From positions 1 to 64,000 of the forward strand of contig CAVWLW010000054.1 in assembly GCA_963755715.1 (NCBI GenBank): a stretch of DNA of 64,000 nt, read 5' to 3'. This stretch comes from an uncultured delta proteobacterium. Its GTDB lineage: Bacteria; Desulfobacterota; Binatia; UBA9968. The translations under genes were made by a program, and so were the position numbers. Positions 43,577 to 53,128 of this stretch are shown piece after piece (positions within the stretch are counted from its first letter, which is position 1; every line of letters begins with the position of its first letter). Below the pieces are notes generated by a model that worked only from the letters and a program-made list of their open reading frames with translations, was not told where the DNA came from and made no database searches.

Positions 43577-43783
43577 ATGGGAAACCCCTTCTATCGGCCT
43601 GCCGACTGTCCGGCGGTATATCACGTTTTCTCTTTTCGGTTCCCTAAGCACAAACCGGTTGAAATATCCTCCGGTTACTAGGATCTTGTCAAATAATTAA
43701 TCGGACAAACGCTGCCATTTTGGCAGTACATCCAGATATTGGCCCGTAGCTATATCTAGGCGAGCTGACGACGCAGATTGTTG

Positions 43784-43854
43784 CAGGATTGAACTGAACG
43801 CTTCAATATGATGTCACGCGAGGTTGCGCTGATGGAGAATACAATTCAATCCTG
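43784..43854 (-). repeat. Conserved intergenic hairpin, copy C
   Basis: CAGGATTGAACTGAACGCTTCA...GATGGAGAATACAATTCAATCCTG. Confidence 0.85.
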
Positions 43855-43857
43855 GCG

Positions 43858-44847
43858 TTATTTGATCACTTGATTCGCCCGCTCAAGCACGCGGGCCGGA
43901 ATTATCAGACCAATCTGTTTTGCCGCCTTAAGGTTGATGACGAACTCAAACTTCGTCGCCTGCTCCACCGGCAGATCAGCCGGTTTGGCGCCTTTCAAAA
44001 TCTTGTCCACGTAAACAGCCGCGCGCCGATAGAGGTCAGTGAGGTCCGTCCCATAGGACATGAGGCCACCGGTCTTCGACATACTCCTTATCTGCGTAAA
44101 TAGCCGGCAAGCGGTGTTTGCCGGCGAGCTCCACGATCCGCTTTCTTTCGGCTTGAAAGGTGCGACCGGGAGTTATCATAATCGCGCCCACCTGCTTCTG
44201 CTTGGCGGTTTGAAAGCCGCTCTCTAAGCCTTTCGCGTCGGGTTCAGCCTCGATCTCTTCCAATTTCAGCTTTAGTGCCTGAGCCGCAGGCCTGATATCT
44301 CCGAGTTGGAGGTCCCCTAGTACGCCTCTCGGCTGCCGCAAAAGCCCAACTCGTGAGAGTCTAGGGATTACGTCCTTGAGTATCTCTAGCCTTTTGGTAA
44401 TTAGCTCGGGCGCTAGACCCGAGTTCCCGGTAACATTGCCTTCCGGCCTTGCGAGACTAGCGATCAGGCCAGCAGCCACGGGGTCGGTAGCGGTCGTCAT
44501 CACGATTGGGATGGTAGTAGTTGCTCTCTTCGCCGCTAACGGTGTCGGTCCCCCTGAGGCCACGATCAGATCAACCTTTAAACGAACCAGCTCCGCCGCA
44601 AGCTCGGGCGTGCGCTCGCGCTTTTGGTCGGCAAATCGGTACTCGATGGTGATATTTTTCCCCTCAATCCAGCCAAGCTTGCTCAGCTCTTGTCGGAACG
44701 CTTCCACAAGGACTGCGCTACCGGAAGCAGTGCGATTATCCAGGTAACCGATGCGGAAGATTTTCCCCGGCTGTTGCGCCTCAGTTATCACTGCAAAAGT
44801 AAGCACGCCGCTGCAACCAAGATTGACAGCCAACCAACTTTCCTCAA
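43858..44847 (-). CDS. COG2984-type ABC substrate-binding protein, copy 4 (one frameshift near 44075)
   Basis: [13 protein letters not shown]...[11 protein letters not shown]...; C-terminus in ORF 43858..44082; TTG start. Confidence 0.85.
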
Positions 44848-44958
44848 TTCGCACCTCGTTCGTGAGGGCGTTATTTAACACGGACAGAGCCGCCGGGAAA
44901 AGTGCGATTTGCGGCAGCATAAGAACCAGATTCTTCGAGGGGAAAAAGGTTAATTTCG

Positions 44959-44979
44959 ATCGTAGGATTGAACTGAACG
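44959..44979 (-). repeat. Hairpin copy D, left part (interrupted by the IS91-like element)
   Basis: ATCGTAGGATTGAACTGAACG, then foreign sequence. Confidence 0.85.
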
Positions 44980-45317
44980 GATAGGTTTTAACCTGAATGC
45001 GAGGGCAGAACGATTGGGTGAGAGCAGTTGGACTTGGACGCATTCAGGATAAAACCCGTTGGACTAAAGCGTTGGGTGAAGCAGTGACGGTCGCCTATGG
45101 GGATTGGAACGAAGGCAGCGCGCCGAGCAAACATTGCCGTGGTGGTGATCGTGTAACGAGCGGGCCGCATTCAAGTTGACTTGTGAGCTCAACTGGCGAT
45201 CACCTCCGAAGTGAGAACGAGCCAAGAAAGAGGGAAACGATGAACCCAGGCGCACCGATGCGTTGGCTCTAGGAGAGAACCGGGCACGCATGCGGGTGTT
45301 GGTTCGTTGAGCGATCA

Positions 45318-46513
45318 TCACGAAGAATCCCAGTGGTGCGGGGACAGGCAGCGCGGCAAACAAGACCAGCGTTCCCTTTTGGCACAGAGGACATCGAGTG
45401 ATATCGATGCCGGTGAGTTCAAGCATCAGCTCGTGAACTGATTTTTGCGCGAGCTTGGGCACAGCGGGATTGAGATCTAGGAGCTGACGGCACTTGGACA
45501 GCAGGCTTTTGGATCGGTTAGCCAAAACGCCCGAGTGACGAACCCGCACAAAGCCCTTGGGGATCATGTGGAGCAAGAAGCGGCGGATAAATTCGTGGGC
45601 ATCGAGGGTCATGGTCTTTTTTCGGTTCTCATTTTTGCGGTCGCGGTAACTGAAGGTGACTTCTCGGCTATGGACTGAGAGAATCCGATCATTGGACAGC
45701 GCCACGCGGTGGATGTAGCGGCCGAGGTAGTCCAGCACATGGACGGGAGAGCCGAAAGGTTTTTTGGCATAGACGATCCATGGTTTTTTTCGTAGCGCAT
45801 TGATCAGAAGGTTGAAGGCTACAGAATCAGCCAAGGAAGCGGTTTGACCGACAAAGAGGAGCTTGTTTCGAGCGAAAGCCGTTTTGAGTAAGTCGAGGAA
45901 CTTACCCCGGAAAACCGACGCTTAGGGCTTTAACAGGGAACAGAAAGTTTTGACGGGCAGGACGCCAATGCTTTTGATCGAACGACAGAGCTCCAGCGGG
46001 GACCAGACAATGGAGATGAAAATGATCTAACAGGGTTTGCTCCCAGGTGTGCAGCACCGTGATCAAACCGATTTGTCCGCCCAGACGAGTTCGGCCAAAA
46101 TCAACGAGCGTTTCACCCACGGCTTTAAAGAGATGACTTAACAGGATCTTTTTGTTGGTCAGTATCAGACCGTTGAGCTCGTGCGGCAAGGTGAACACCA
46201 GATGGAAGTATCCCACCGGCAACAGTTCGGACTTTTGTTTATCCAGCCACTTTACCTTGGCCAGCGATTGGCATTTGGGGCAGTGGCGATTGCGGCAGGA
46301 GTTATAGGCGGGGCGCTCATAGCCACAGGAGTCACACTGCTCGAGGTGGCCTCCCAGGGCCGCTGTGCGGCAGCGTTCCACGGCCTGCATGATCTTGAGA
46401 TGCGAAACCGGCAACGGATGAGCGCGGCGATAGGACTCGCCATGGGCGCGAAAGATATCGGCCAATTCAACGCCGCGTCTTGCCGCTGCCAGCCGCCGAC
46501 TGGCCGGCAGCAT
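45318..46513 (-). CDS. IS91-family (Y2 HUH) transposase, frameshifted
   Basis: Zn-binding SCRNRHCPKC, HLVFTLP, HTW..HFHLH, YLGRY, FIRRFLLH; end approximate. Confidence 0.9.
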
Positions 46514-46526
46514 GGCTTTAGGCCGT

Positions 46527-47363
46527 CTATAACTGGAGCCGGTCGAGCGGACTCACGGCAAAGTCCACGTTCTGTGGCCGTAGCCTGAGATAGCGCTGGG
46601 TGGAAAGAAGAGAGGTGTGCCCCATCAAAAACTGGATCGAGCGCAAGTCCACACCGGCCTCCAGAAGATGGGTGGCGAAGCAGGCACGAAGGCTGTGAAT
46701 GCCACGGCCCTTTTTAAGCCCTGCTCTTTTCTTCGCCGAGCGGAAGATGTGCCAGGCTTCCCCTCGGCTTAATGGACCGTTCTTGGCCCGGTTCGGGAAA
46801 AGCCAGATAGAAGGCCGGTAGCGTTTCCAGTACTGACGCAGTTCCACAAGCAGGTTCTGCGACAGGATCGCATAGCGGTCCTTCCCGCCCTTGCCTTGCT
46901 TCACCCGCAGCGTCATGCGCTGCGCATCGATGTCTGTGATCTTGAGGTTTACCAACTCACTGACTCGGAGTCCTGCCGAATAAGCGGTCATCAGTAACAC
47001 ACGTTGCTTGAGTCCGCGGGTGGCACCGATCAATCGCACGACCTCGTCGGGACTGAACACTTCGGGCAGCAGTGAAGATTTCTTTCTCGGTGCAATGAAC
47101 AGCTTGGTCTCATCCCACCCCAGGGTTTCGTTGTAGAAAAACCGCAACCCCGAACAGTATCCGGTCAGACTATTCGGCGATAACTTCCGCTCTATCGTGA
47201 GATGCACAAGAAAAGCTCGGATGTCTTCCTTGCTGAGCTGATCCGGTGATTTGTTGTGATATCTGGCCAGTCTGCTTACCGCGTAGACGTAGGACTCCTG
47301 CGTTGCCGTAGAGAAGTTCCGTAGCTTCATCTCCTCGATCATTCGATCACGTAAGACTCCCAT
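46527..47363 (-). CDS. Tyrosine recombinase/site-specific integrase
   Basis: GLRVSE, GKGGKDR, HSLR, MGH, TQRY catalytic residues; SAM-like N-terminus. Confidence 0.92.
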   Translation of the reverse strand: MGVLRDRMIEEMKLRNFSTATQESYVYAVSRLARYHNKSPDQLSKEDIRAFLVHLTIERKLSPNSLTGYCSGLRFFYNETLGWDETKLFIAPRKKSSLLPEVFSPDEVVRLIGATRGLKQRVLLMTAYSAGLRVSELVNLKITDIDAQRMTLRVKQGKGGKDRYAILSQNLLVELRQYWKRYRPSIWLFPNRAKNGPLSRGEAWHIFRSAKKRAGLKKGRGIHSLRACFATHLLEAGVDLRSIQFLMGHTSLLSTQRYLRLRPQNVDFAVSPLDRLQL

Positions 47364-47516
47364 GATTGCCTCCTTGAGTGAATTTGATTCACGGAGGCTA
47401 TCACTGCACTCAGGGACCGAGTCAAAGAAAAGATCGATGATAAAGGAACTGCGGGAGGATTACCGAAACTGCTTCAATAATAGCGCCCTCTCGTCCACCG
47501 CGAAGCGGTTTAGTCC

Positions 47517-47576
47517 AACGACGCTTCAGTCGAATCTCACGTAGGATTGAGTAGATGGAGAATTCAATTCAATCGC
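47517..47576 (-). repeat. Hairpin copy D, right part
   Basis: AACGACGCTTCAGTCGAATC...GATGGAGAATTCAATTCAATCGC. Confidence 0.85.
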
Positions 47577-47577
47577 A

Positions 47578-48063
47578 TCAAAAGCGAAGGGTTTGTTTAC
47601 AACTGTTCGGCTCAAGCAGTAAATCCAAGGCTTGCTCGGAACCGTGGACAAGAATATTGGCGTTGAGAATCGCTTCAAGCGCGCAACCTTCGCCGTTGTC
47701 CACAGCCACTGCGAGACCGCCTGCGTCACGCAAAGTTTTCAGAAGCAGTCGATCTATAGTTCCATTACCGAACGCTGCCACATGCGACGGCTCATATTTC
47801 AGGACGAACCGTTGCTTCTCTTTGTCGTTACGTCTGTCGTTGTTCAGAAAGTGCAGCTCGACGGGCAGTCGCGCGAGTTCGCGGCGTGCCGTACCGAAAG
47901 TGTCTATGGTGAGAACGTGGACCTCGACCAGCCTGGCAAGTCGTGCGAGACGAGTTCTGACACTTCTTCTCACGACTCCTTTGAAGGAGTGTGTGCCCGT
48001 ATAGTCCGTCACGACCCGACTTATTTCCAGCAGTCCAAAACCAGGGATCGTGAACTTAATCAT
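47578..48063 (-). CDS. HAD-superfamily soluble P-type ATPase-like protein
   Basis: VVTDYTGT, LTIDTFGT, FGNGTIDR, A/S..TLR C-terminus. Confidence 0.75.
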   Translation of the reverse strand: MIKFTIPGFGLLEISRVVTDYTGTHSFKGVVRRSVRTRLARLARLVEVHVLTIDTFGTARRELARLPVELHFLNNDRRNDKEKQRFVLKYEPSHVAAFGNGTIDRLLLKTLRDAGGLAVAVDNGEGCALEAILNANILVHGSEQALDLLLEPNSCKQTLRF

Positions 48064-48082
48064 CTGACCCTCGGCCCCGGGA

Positions 48083-48114
48083 AGATTGGATCGATGGAGA
48101 AATCAGTCCAATCT
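48083..48114 (-). repeat. Partial hairpin copy G
   Basis: AGATTGGAtcGATGGAGAAATCAGTCCAATCT. Confidence 0.6.
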
Positions 48115-48198
48115 GACGCTGTGTCTCAAACCCGTGCAACTGAATATTTCATATGTGCGCAACATATCGAGGAAACAAGGCGTTCTGCAGCCGCATAG

Positions 48199-48882
48199 TC
48201 AGGCGTACTCGTCATAGATGCTGTCGAACTTGCCCAGCTTTAACCCGGCCATGTTCCTGCACATCGTACGAACCTTCTCTTGATCCTCGTCGCTGGTCGC
48301 GCTCTCCGCGATGGCGGTGGCAGCGCGCTCGGTGTGCTCGACGTCGGCGCCCTTGTGAACGATGAAAAACTCGCGGGCTTCCTCGGACATGTTATATGGT
48401 TCCTTTGGCAGGTATTCGTCGAACTCTGCGGCGTAACGCTGGACCATCGTCTCGTTGGACAGCGCCATGGCGCGCATCTCAACGACGGACACCAGAAATA
48501 TCCCGTGAATGCACACCGCTGTGTGCACCAGGGCGCCGCGCACCGGCACGGCCTTGTCGAAGTCCTTCTCCGTGAGGCCCAAGGAGAAGCCCAAAGTCTT
48601 GCACATGTTGGGGTGGGTCAGTTCCTCGCCCATAGCCGTGGCGTACGCTGTAAACGTCCGGTTATCGGCGGCGTGTTGGGTCGCCCCAAGAGCGAACGCC
48701 TTGAGAATGCCCATATTGTGGATGTAGTGCTGCAAGGCGAAGCCCTGGATCCGGCGGGTGGTGAGCTTGCCTGCTCGCAGGTCGGAGAAGTAGCGGCTCT
48801 CCATCAGCCGGTCCGTGCCCGGCTGGATGATGTCCCTGAGCACGGAGTCGATGAACTGCCGATTGCCCGTGTTCGTAGTCAT
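48199..48882 (-). CDS. TenA/PqqC-like (heme-oxygenase-like fold) protein
   Basis: FALQHY, EELTHP, FFIVHKGADVEH metal-ligand pattern. Confidence 0.7.
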   Translation of the reverse strand: MTTNTGNRQFIDSVLRDIIQPGTDRLMESRYFSDLRAGKLTTRRIQGFALQHYIHNMGILKAFALGATQHAADNRTFTAYATAMGEELTHPNMCKTLGFSLGLTEKDFDKAVPVRGALVHTAVCIHGIFLVSVVEMRAMALSNETMVQRYAAEFDEYLPKEPYNMSEEAREFFIVHKGADVEHTERAATAIAESATSDEDQEKVRTMCRNMAGLKLGKFDSIYDEYA

Positions 48883-49127
48883 ATAGGTTGTTCTCCTTCA
48901 CGAGTCGTGTAGCCGGTCCTTGAGGAACACAAAAGCCAGCACACTCTAGCGATAAATCGCCGGGGCGGCTGGCTCTACGCTTTACTTTTCATATCTCCCT
49001 CCCGGGAACGGCTTGCGCTCCTTCGTTTGGCCTCAGATCATGCCAGAAGCCTGCTCAACGATGGGGAAGGCGTGTTACGTGCCGAGAAATATCACACGAA
49101 GAAAGTGTGTCAAGATTGTTCGCCTTT

Positions 49128-49158
49128 AGATTGGCGTGAAGGAGAATACAGTTAATCC
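49128..49158 (-). repeat. Partial hairpin copy H (right half)
   Basis: GAAGGAGAATACAGTTAATCC next to the stop of an SBP gene. Confidence 0.55.
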
Positions 49159-49183
49159 AGCCTCGCCGCTTCGTTTTCTTCGC

Positions 49184-50169
49184 TCACTTGATCACCTTGT
49201 CCGCTCGCACCAGCACATTGGGCGGAATCGTTAGACCGATTTGCTTGGCGGCTTTCAGGTTGATGACGAGTTCGAATGTTTTCGGCTGCTCGACCGGCAG
49301 ATCGGCAGGCTTGGCGCCTTTCAAAATCTTGTCGACATAAGTGGCGGCGCGGCGGTCCAAAGCGGTAATGCTCGTCGCATAGCTCATGAGCCCCCCGGCT
49401 TCCACATATTCTAGCCTGTCGTATATCACTAGGAGCCGGCTCTTTGCTGCGAGATCTGCAATTTGTGTTCGGTGAGAATTGAGCACGGGGCTTCCAAGCA
49501 CGAGGATTGCCTCAGCACGTCCCTTACTTCCGGCTCGGAATGCGGTCTCGATATCCTTAGAACTGAGTACGTCTAGATATTGAAGCCGCACTCCGAACGT
49601 CCCTGCGGTGAGTTCCAATTCTCTTAACGCTTCCGCGTTGCCCGGTTGGGTCGAACTCCCGAGGACGCTCACGCGGGAGAGCCTGGGAACGATCTCCTTC
49701 AGAAGCTCCAGCCGTTTCCCGACCAAATCCGAGGAAAGGTTGGAAGCCAGTTATGTTTCCACCAGGTCGCGCGAGGCTGGTGACGAACCCCGGAGCCAAC
49801 AGGATCAGAATCCTGCGTCATGACAATGGGAATCGTAGAAGTTGCTTCCTTGGCGGCGCGGGTTGCTGTCGGACCACCCGTGACACGATCACGTCTACCT
49901 TGAGACGTACCAGCTCAGCCGCGAGCGCGGGGAGGCGATCCGGTTTTCCCTCCGCAGACGGCATTCAATGACAATGTTTTTTCCCTCGATATACCCAAGC
50001 TCGCGCAGGCCATGCCGGAATACCTCGATGCGGGCCGGGCAGCGGAAGTGGTCGGCAGCTGCTAGGTATCCTATCCGCGGGACTTTCCTCGTCTGCTGCG
50101 CCTCGGCTATCACTCCAACAGCAAGCAGCACACCACGACCAGGATTGATAAGACACCAGCTTTCCTCAT
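49184..50169 (-). CDS. COG2984-type ABC substrate-binding protein, copy 5 (multiple frameshifts)
   Basis: [49 protein letters not shown]. Confidence 0.85.
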
Positions 50170-50272
50170 TGCACACACATTCTATGTATCACGCGGGCGG
50201 TATTAGAGGGAAACTAAGATTTACAACCGAAGGCGACAGATATTTCATCGAGCGGAAAAACCAGATTTTTAG

Positions 50273-50345
50273 CCTGAGATGGAACTGAAAGACGTTCAGT
50301 CCCGATGCTGCGGCAGATTCGTTGGAAGGAGAATACAATTCAATG
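50273..50345 (-). repeat. Conserved intergenic hairpin, copy E (degenerate)
   Basis: CCTGAGATGGAACTGAAAGACGTTCAG...GAAGGAGAATACAATTCAAT. Confidence 0.75.
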
Positions 50346-50377
50346 CTGCATTTAGCCGGACAGCAATTCAAGATGAT

Positions 50378-50710
50378 CTACACACGCCAACTCTGGTCGT
50401 CACTTTTCCGTACGAGTTCGTCTCTTTTCTTTTCGCTGATCGTTTCGGATGAAGCCAGAAGGCTAAAAAAAGCTCCAATAACAATCGATATAACAACGAT
50501 GAAGAGCAATGATCGGCTCGTGATCATGCCGCCTAACATTCCTAGACCTGAAATTAGAGCTGCGATGGCACCGTTGATAAATCCGATCACAAATAACTTA
50601 ACGGGTTGGCGCAGCTGTTTGAGTGGTGAGAAGGCAGCGAGTGCGAACGCCGTGATAACGGATGAGAAAAAAATGATCGGTCCGAGTATATCGTTGGGCT
50701 GTTCTGCCAT
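50378..50710 (-). CDS. Small hypothetical membrane protein (3 TM)
   Basis: 110-aa ORF with three hydrophobic segments. Confidence 0.5.
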   Translation of the reverse strand: MAEQPNDILGPIIFFSSVITAFALAAFSPLKQLRQPVKLFVIGFINGAIAALISGLGMLGGMITSRSLLFIVVISIVIGAFFSLLASSETISEKKRDELVRKSDDQSWRV

Positions 50711-50802
50711 ACTATTTCATGCGGTTAACTCTTACGTTTCCCTGCTTGCCTCAACTCATTTTCGCCTCTAACTTTGCTGGCTATATGATTTCGGAAATCC
50801 GC

Positions 50803-51759
50803 TTAACGGTAGAGCTCATCGAAAAAACCCTGCGCTTCAAGCACACGGACATAATGAAGATCCCAGAGCTTGACCGGGTTGCCCGTTTCTTCTAGTTCCG
50901 GATAGACCAGCTGAGCGATGCGGTAAGCGTTGTAAAGCGAGTCGATCTTGGGGCACAGCCGGGGCTCGAGGCTGTTGCTCAGTTTTTGGTAAAAACTTTC
51001 CAGTTCGATGTCATCGCGTATGCCCAGACGATCGGCGACATTGCCGGCGAGGATCTCCATGGTTTTTTCCTTGTCTCGTTTCACCATGGCGACTCCCGTC
51101 GCGATCGCCTTGATCATGCGGATGTAGAGTTCGGGATTATCTTGCACCAACGGAACCAAACTGGTGAGTGTGATCGAGTTGACCATGGGATAACGGGGTA
51201 ACAGTCGGGTGTGGAGTCCGAGGCGCTCGCAAGCTTTCTCCTGGGAGCCGCTGGCAAAGGTCACGTCCGCCTTGCCGTCGAGGAGGAGCTGCTTTTTATC
51301 GCCGCTTTCCACCCGCTTGACGTCCAGTTGATCGGAGGATAGCCCGGCATCGCGGAGATAAAGCTCGTAGGTGCCGCGCACATGGCTAGTGAGATGACCT
51401 TCCTCGTCACAAAAATCCTGTTCGGCCAAAACCCGGTCCTTCAAATCGTTCAAGCCGGCCAGTGGCTTTGTGCTCACGAGCATGTCCTGTGACGTGTTTA
51501 CCGTCTGGGCCATGCAGATCATTGGAACACCGCTGGCGACGCGCCAATGCGGCGTGATGTGGCAACCGAAGATCATGTTGCACTTGCCGTCGAGCAGTTG
51601 ATCCTCGGCGGGGAGAGCGCGATGCTCCAAGTCCATGCGGCTCACCTCAATTCCCAGCCGATCCCAAATGCCGCCGTACTTCATGATCGAGATCATGGCG
51701 AGCTGCGAGTGGTTGGAACGGTAGATCACTTTTGCTTCCAATGTCTTGGGTTGGCTCAT
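50803..51759 (-). CDS. Periplasmic-binding-fold protein (NMT1/TauA-like), no evident signal peptide
   Basis: LNDLKDR, LLDGKAD, NPELYIRMIKAI pattern; AGGAG RBS. Confidence 0.65.
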   Translation of the reverse strand: MSQPKTLEAKVIYRSNHSQLAMISIMKYGGIWDRLGIEVSRMDLEHRALPAEDQLLDGKCNMIFGCHITPHWRVASGVPMICMAQTVNTSQDMLVSTKPLAGLNDLKDRVLAEQDFCDEEGHLTSHVRGTYELYLRDAGLSSDQLDVKRVESGDKKQLLLDGKADVTFASGSQEKACERLGLHTRLLPRYPMVNSITLTSLVPLVQDNPELYIRMIKAIATGVAMVKRDKEKTMEILAGNVADRLGIRDDIELESFYQKLSNSLEPRLCPKIDSLYNAYRIAQLVYPELEETGNPVKLWDLHYVRVLEAQGFFDELYR

Positions 51760-52015
51760 GAGTTGGTTCTCCTTTTTCGAAGTTGACGGTAGGGGTTCGT
51801 TGCGCGCCTATACGGAACACGCCAAAGATATTCGGGTTTTTCAGTCCCTCAAGTCGTCACGTGTTTTAAAGGGAGCCTGAACCGCCAGCGGTGTCTCCCA
51901 GCAGAGCTTTCTTCATTGCGCACCTCGTTTCGAGCGTTATTTATCACGCCAATCGAGCTAAAGAAAAGTGTAATTGACGAGAAAAATTTGTCGAACAGAA
52001 GACTCTACGCAGCCC

Positions 52016-52088
52016 GCGATTGAATTGAACGACGCTTCAAGTTGATCTCACGACAGCGTTGATGGAGAAAACTGTTCAATCCTACGAT
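52016..52088 (-). repeat. Conserved intergenic hairpin, copy F
   Basis: GCGATTGAATTGAACGACGCTTCA...GATGGAGAAAACTGTTCAATCCTACGAT. Confidence 0.85.
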
Positions 52089-52109
52089 TCGCCGCTAAGT
52101 GTTCCTTCG

Positions 52110-52390
52110 TTACTTAATCACTTGATTCGCCCGCTCAAGCACGCGAACTGGAATTGTCAGACCGATTTGCTTTGCCGCCTTGAGGTTAATGATGAATTCA
52201 AACTTCGTTGCCTGCTGCACCGGCAAATCGGCAGGTTTGGCTCCCTTCAAGATCTTGTCCACGTAAATGCTACGTGATCCGATAGCCGTCAATGGCGTCC
52301 GCCCCGTAGGACATGACCCCACCAGCATCTCCAGATACTCTGCCGCCGTACGCCGACGGTAACCGGCTCTTTAACGCAAGCCCACGATAC
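52110..52390 (-). pseudogene. C-terminal fragment of a COG2984-type substrate-binding protein
   Basis: [51 protein letters not shown]; 5' part missing. Confidence 0.8.
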
Positions 52391-52852
52391 GTTTGTGGTT
52401 ATTACTCATTAGCGGCCTCCGGACACGTAAAGTCCATCCGGGCGTTCCTTACTCAGCGCAGCAAATACCCTGTCAAAAGCGTCCGCATCTCGTACCTCCC
52501 AAGGCTGAATTGTCAACTGCTGCTGAGTAAGTTTTAAAGCCTTCTCATGGTTCGGATTTCGTCAGGAGTCATACCTCCGGGGGTGTATCTTCGATACAAA
52601 CTTTACCAATGAAATTCGGGAGGAAAATTACGATTGCAGGAGCGACTGAATGTGAGCGTCGGCTCACCGCTCCTGTTCTTTTGGGTTCCCATATCCGTGC
52701 CGCCGTGTACAGTTTTGTGAGTTGAAGGCCTTTTGTTCAGGCGCGCCGTTTAAAAGACAAAGGCACTAAGAATTAGAAACTGACGGAAGGGGGACGACAG
52801 CCGAACAAGTCAAGAAAGGGCACAACCGCACGATTAGATTAAATACTGATGA

Positions 52853-52868
52853 TGGTATGCCTGTTGCA
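52853..52868 (+). promoter_or_regulatory. Sigma54 promoter
   Basis: TGGTATGCCTGTTGCA (GG-N10-GC). Confidence 0.55.
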
Positions 52869-52898
52869 CCAGCCTTTGATTCATTTCGATGATTCGTT

Positions 52899-53072
52899 AT
52901 GAGTGATCGAACGAAATTGATGCTGGCGAGCCTAGCGATGATGATGTTGCCGTATCAGGTGGAGTTTCTGCTAGATGTTCTCGTTTTAGCCGCGATCGGT
53001 TCGGCGACTTATTTGTCGACAAAAAACATCTGGCGCGGGTCGAACGACCAAGTTCTCTTGACCGACGGGTGA
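52899..53072 (+). CDS. Small hydrophobic protein (57 aa), not in the ORF track
   Basis: MSDRTKLMLASLAMMMLPYQVEFLLDVLVLAAIGSATYL... just downstream of the sigma54 site. Confidence 0.35.
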   Translation: MSDRTKLMLASLAMMMLPYQVEFLLDVLVLAAIGSATYLSTKNIWRGSNDQVLLTDG

Positions 53073-53128
53073 TCGTTTATTTTGACGCATCGATTCGGTG
53101 CGATTAACAACCTGGAGGTTTCGACACG

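Larger units (their letters stand above)
44980..47520 (-). mobile_element. IS91-family element with accessory tyrosine recombinase, inserted into hairpin D
   Basis: Deleting 44980-47520 restores GATTGAACTGAACGACGCTTCAG; inverted ends GTTGGACTAAA (45058-45068) and TTTAGTCCAAC (47509-47519). Confidence 0.85.

Noticed and set aside
46527-47363. Integron integrase IntI
   Set aside because: At 278 aa it shows no evident IntI-specific insertion before the HxLR box, and it is coupled to an IS91 transposase.
40996-52088. Hairpin repeats as a CRISPR array
   Set aside because: Copies are ~70 bp, degenerate and separated by gene-sized intervals; no cas genes are present.
40996-52088. Hairpin repeats as ordinary intrinsic terminators
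   Set aside because: There is no U-tract on the coding strand, the stem is AT-rich, and a large conserved internal loop is not needed for termination; not fully excluded.
38963-52390. Diversity-generating retroelement acting on the SBP paralogs
   Set aside because: No reverse transcriptase is present and no adenine-specific TR/VR pair is evident.
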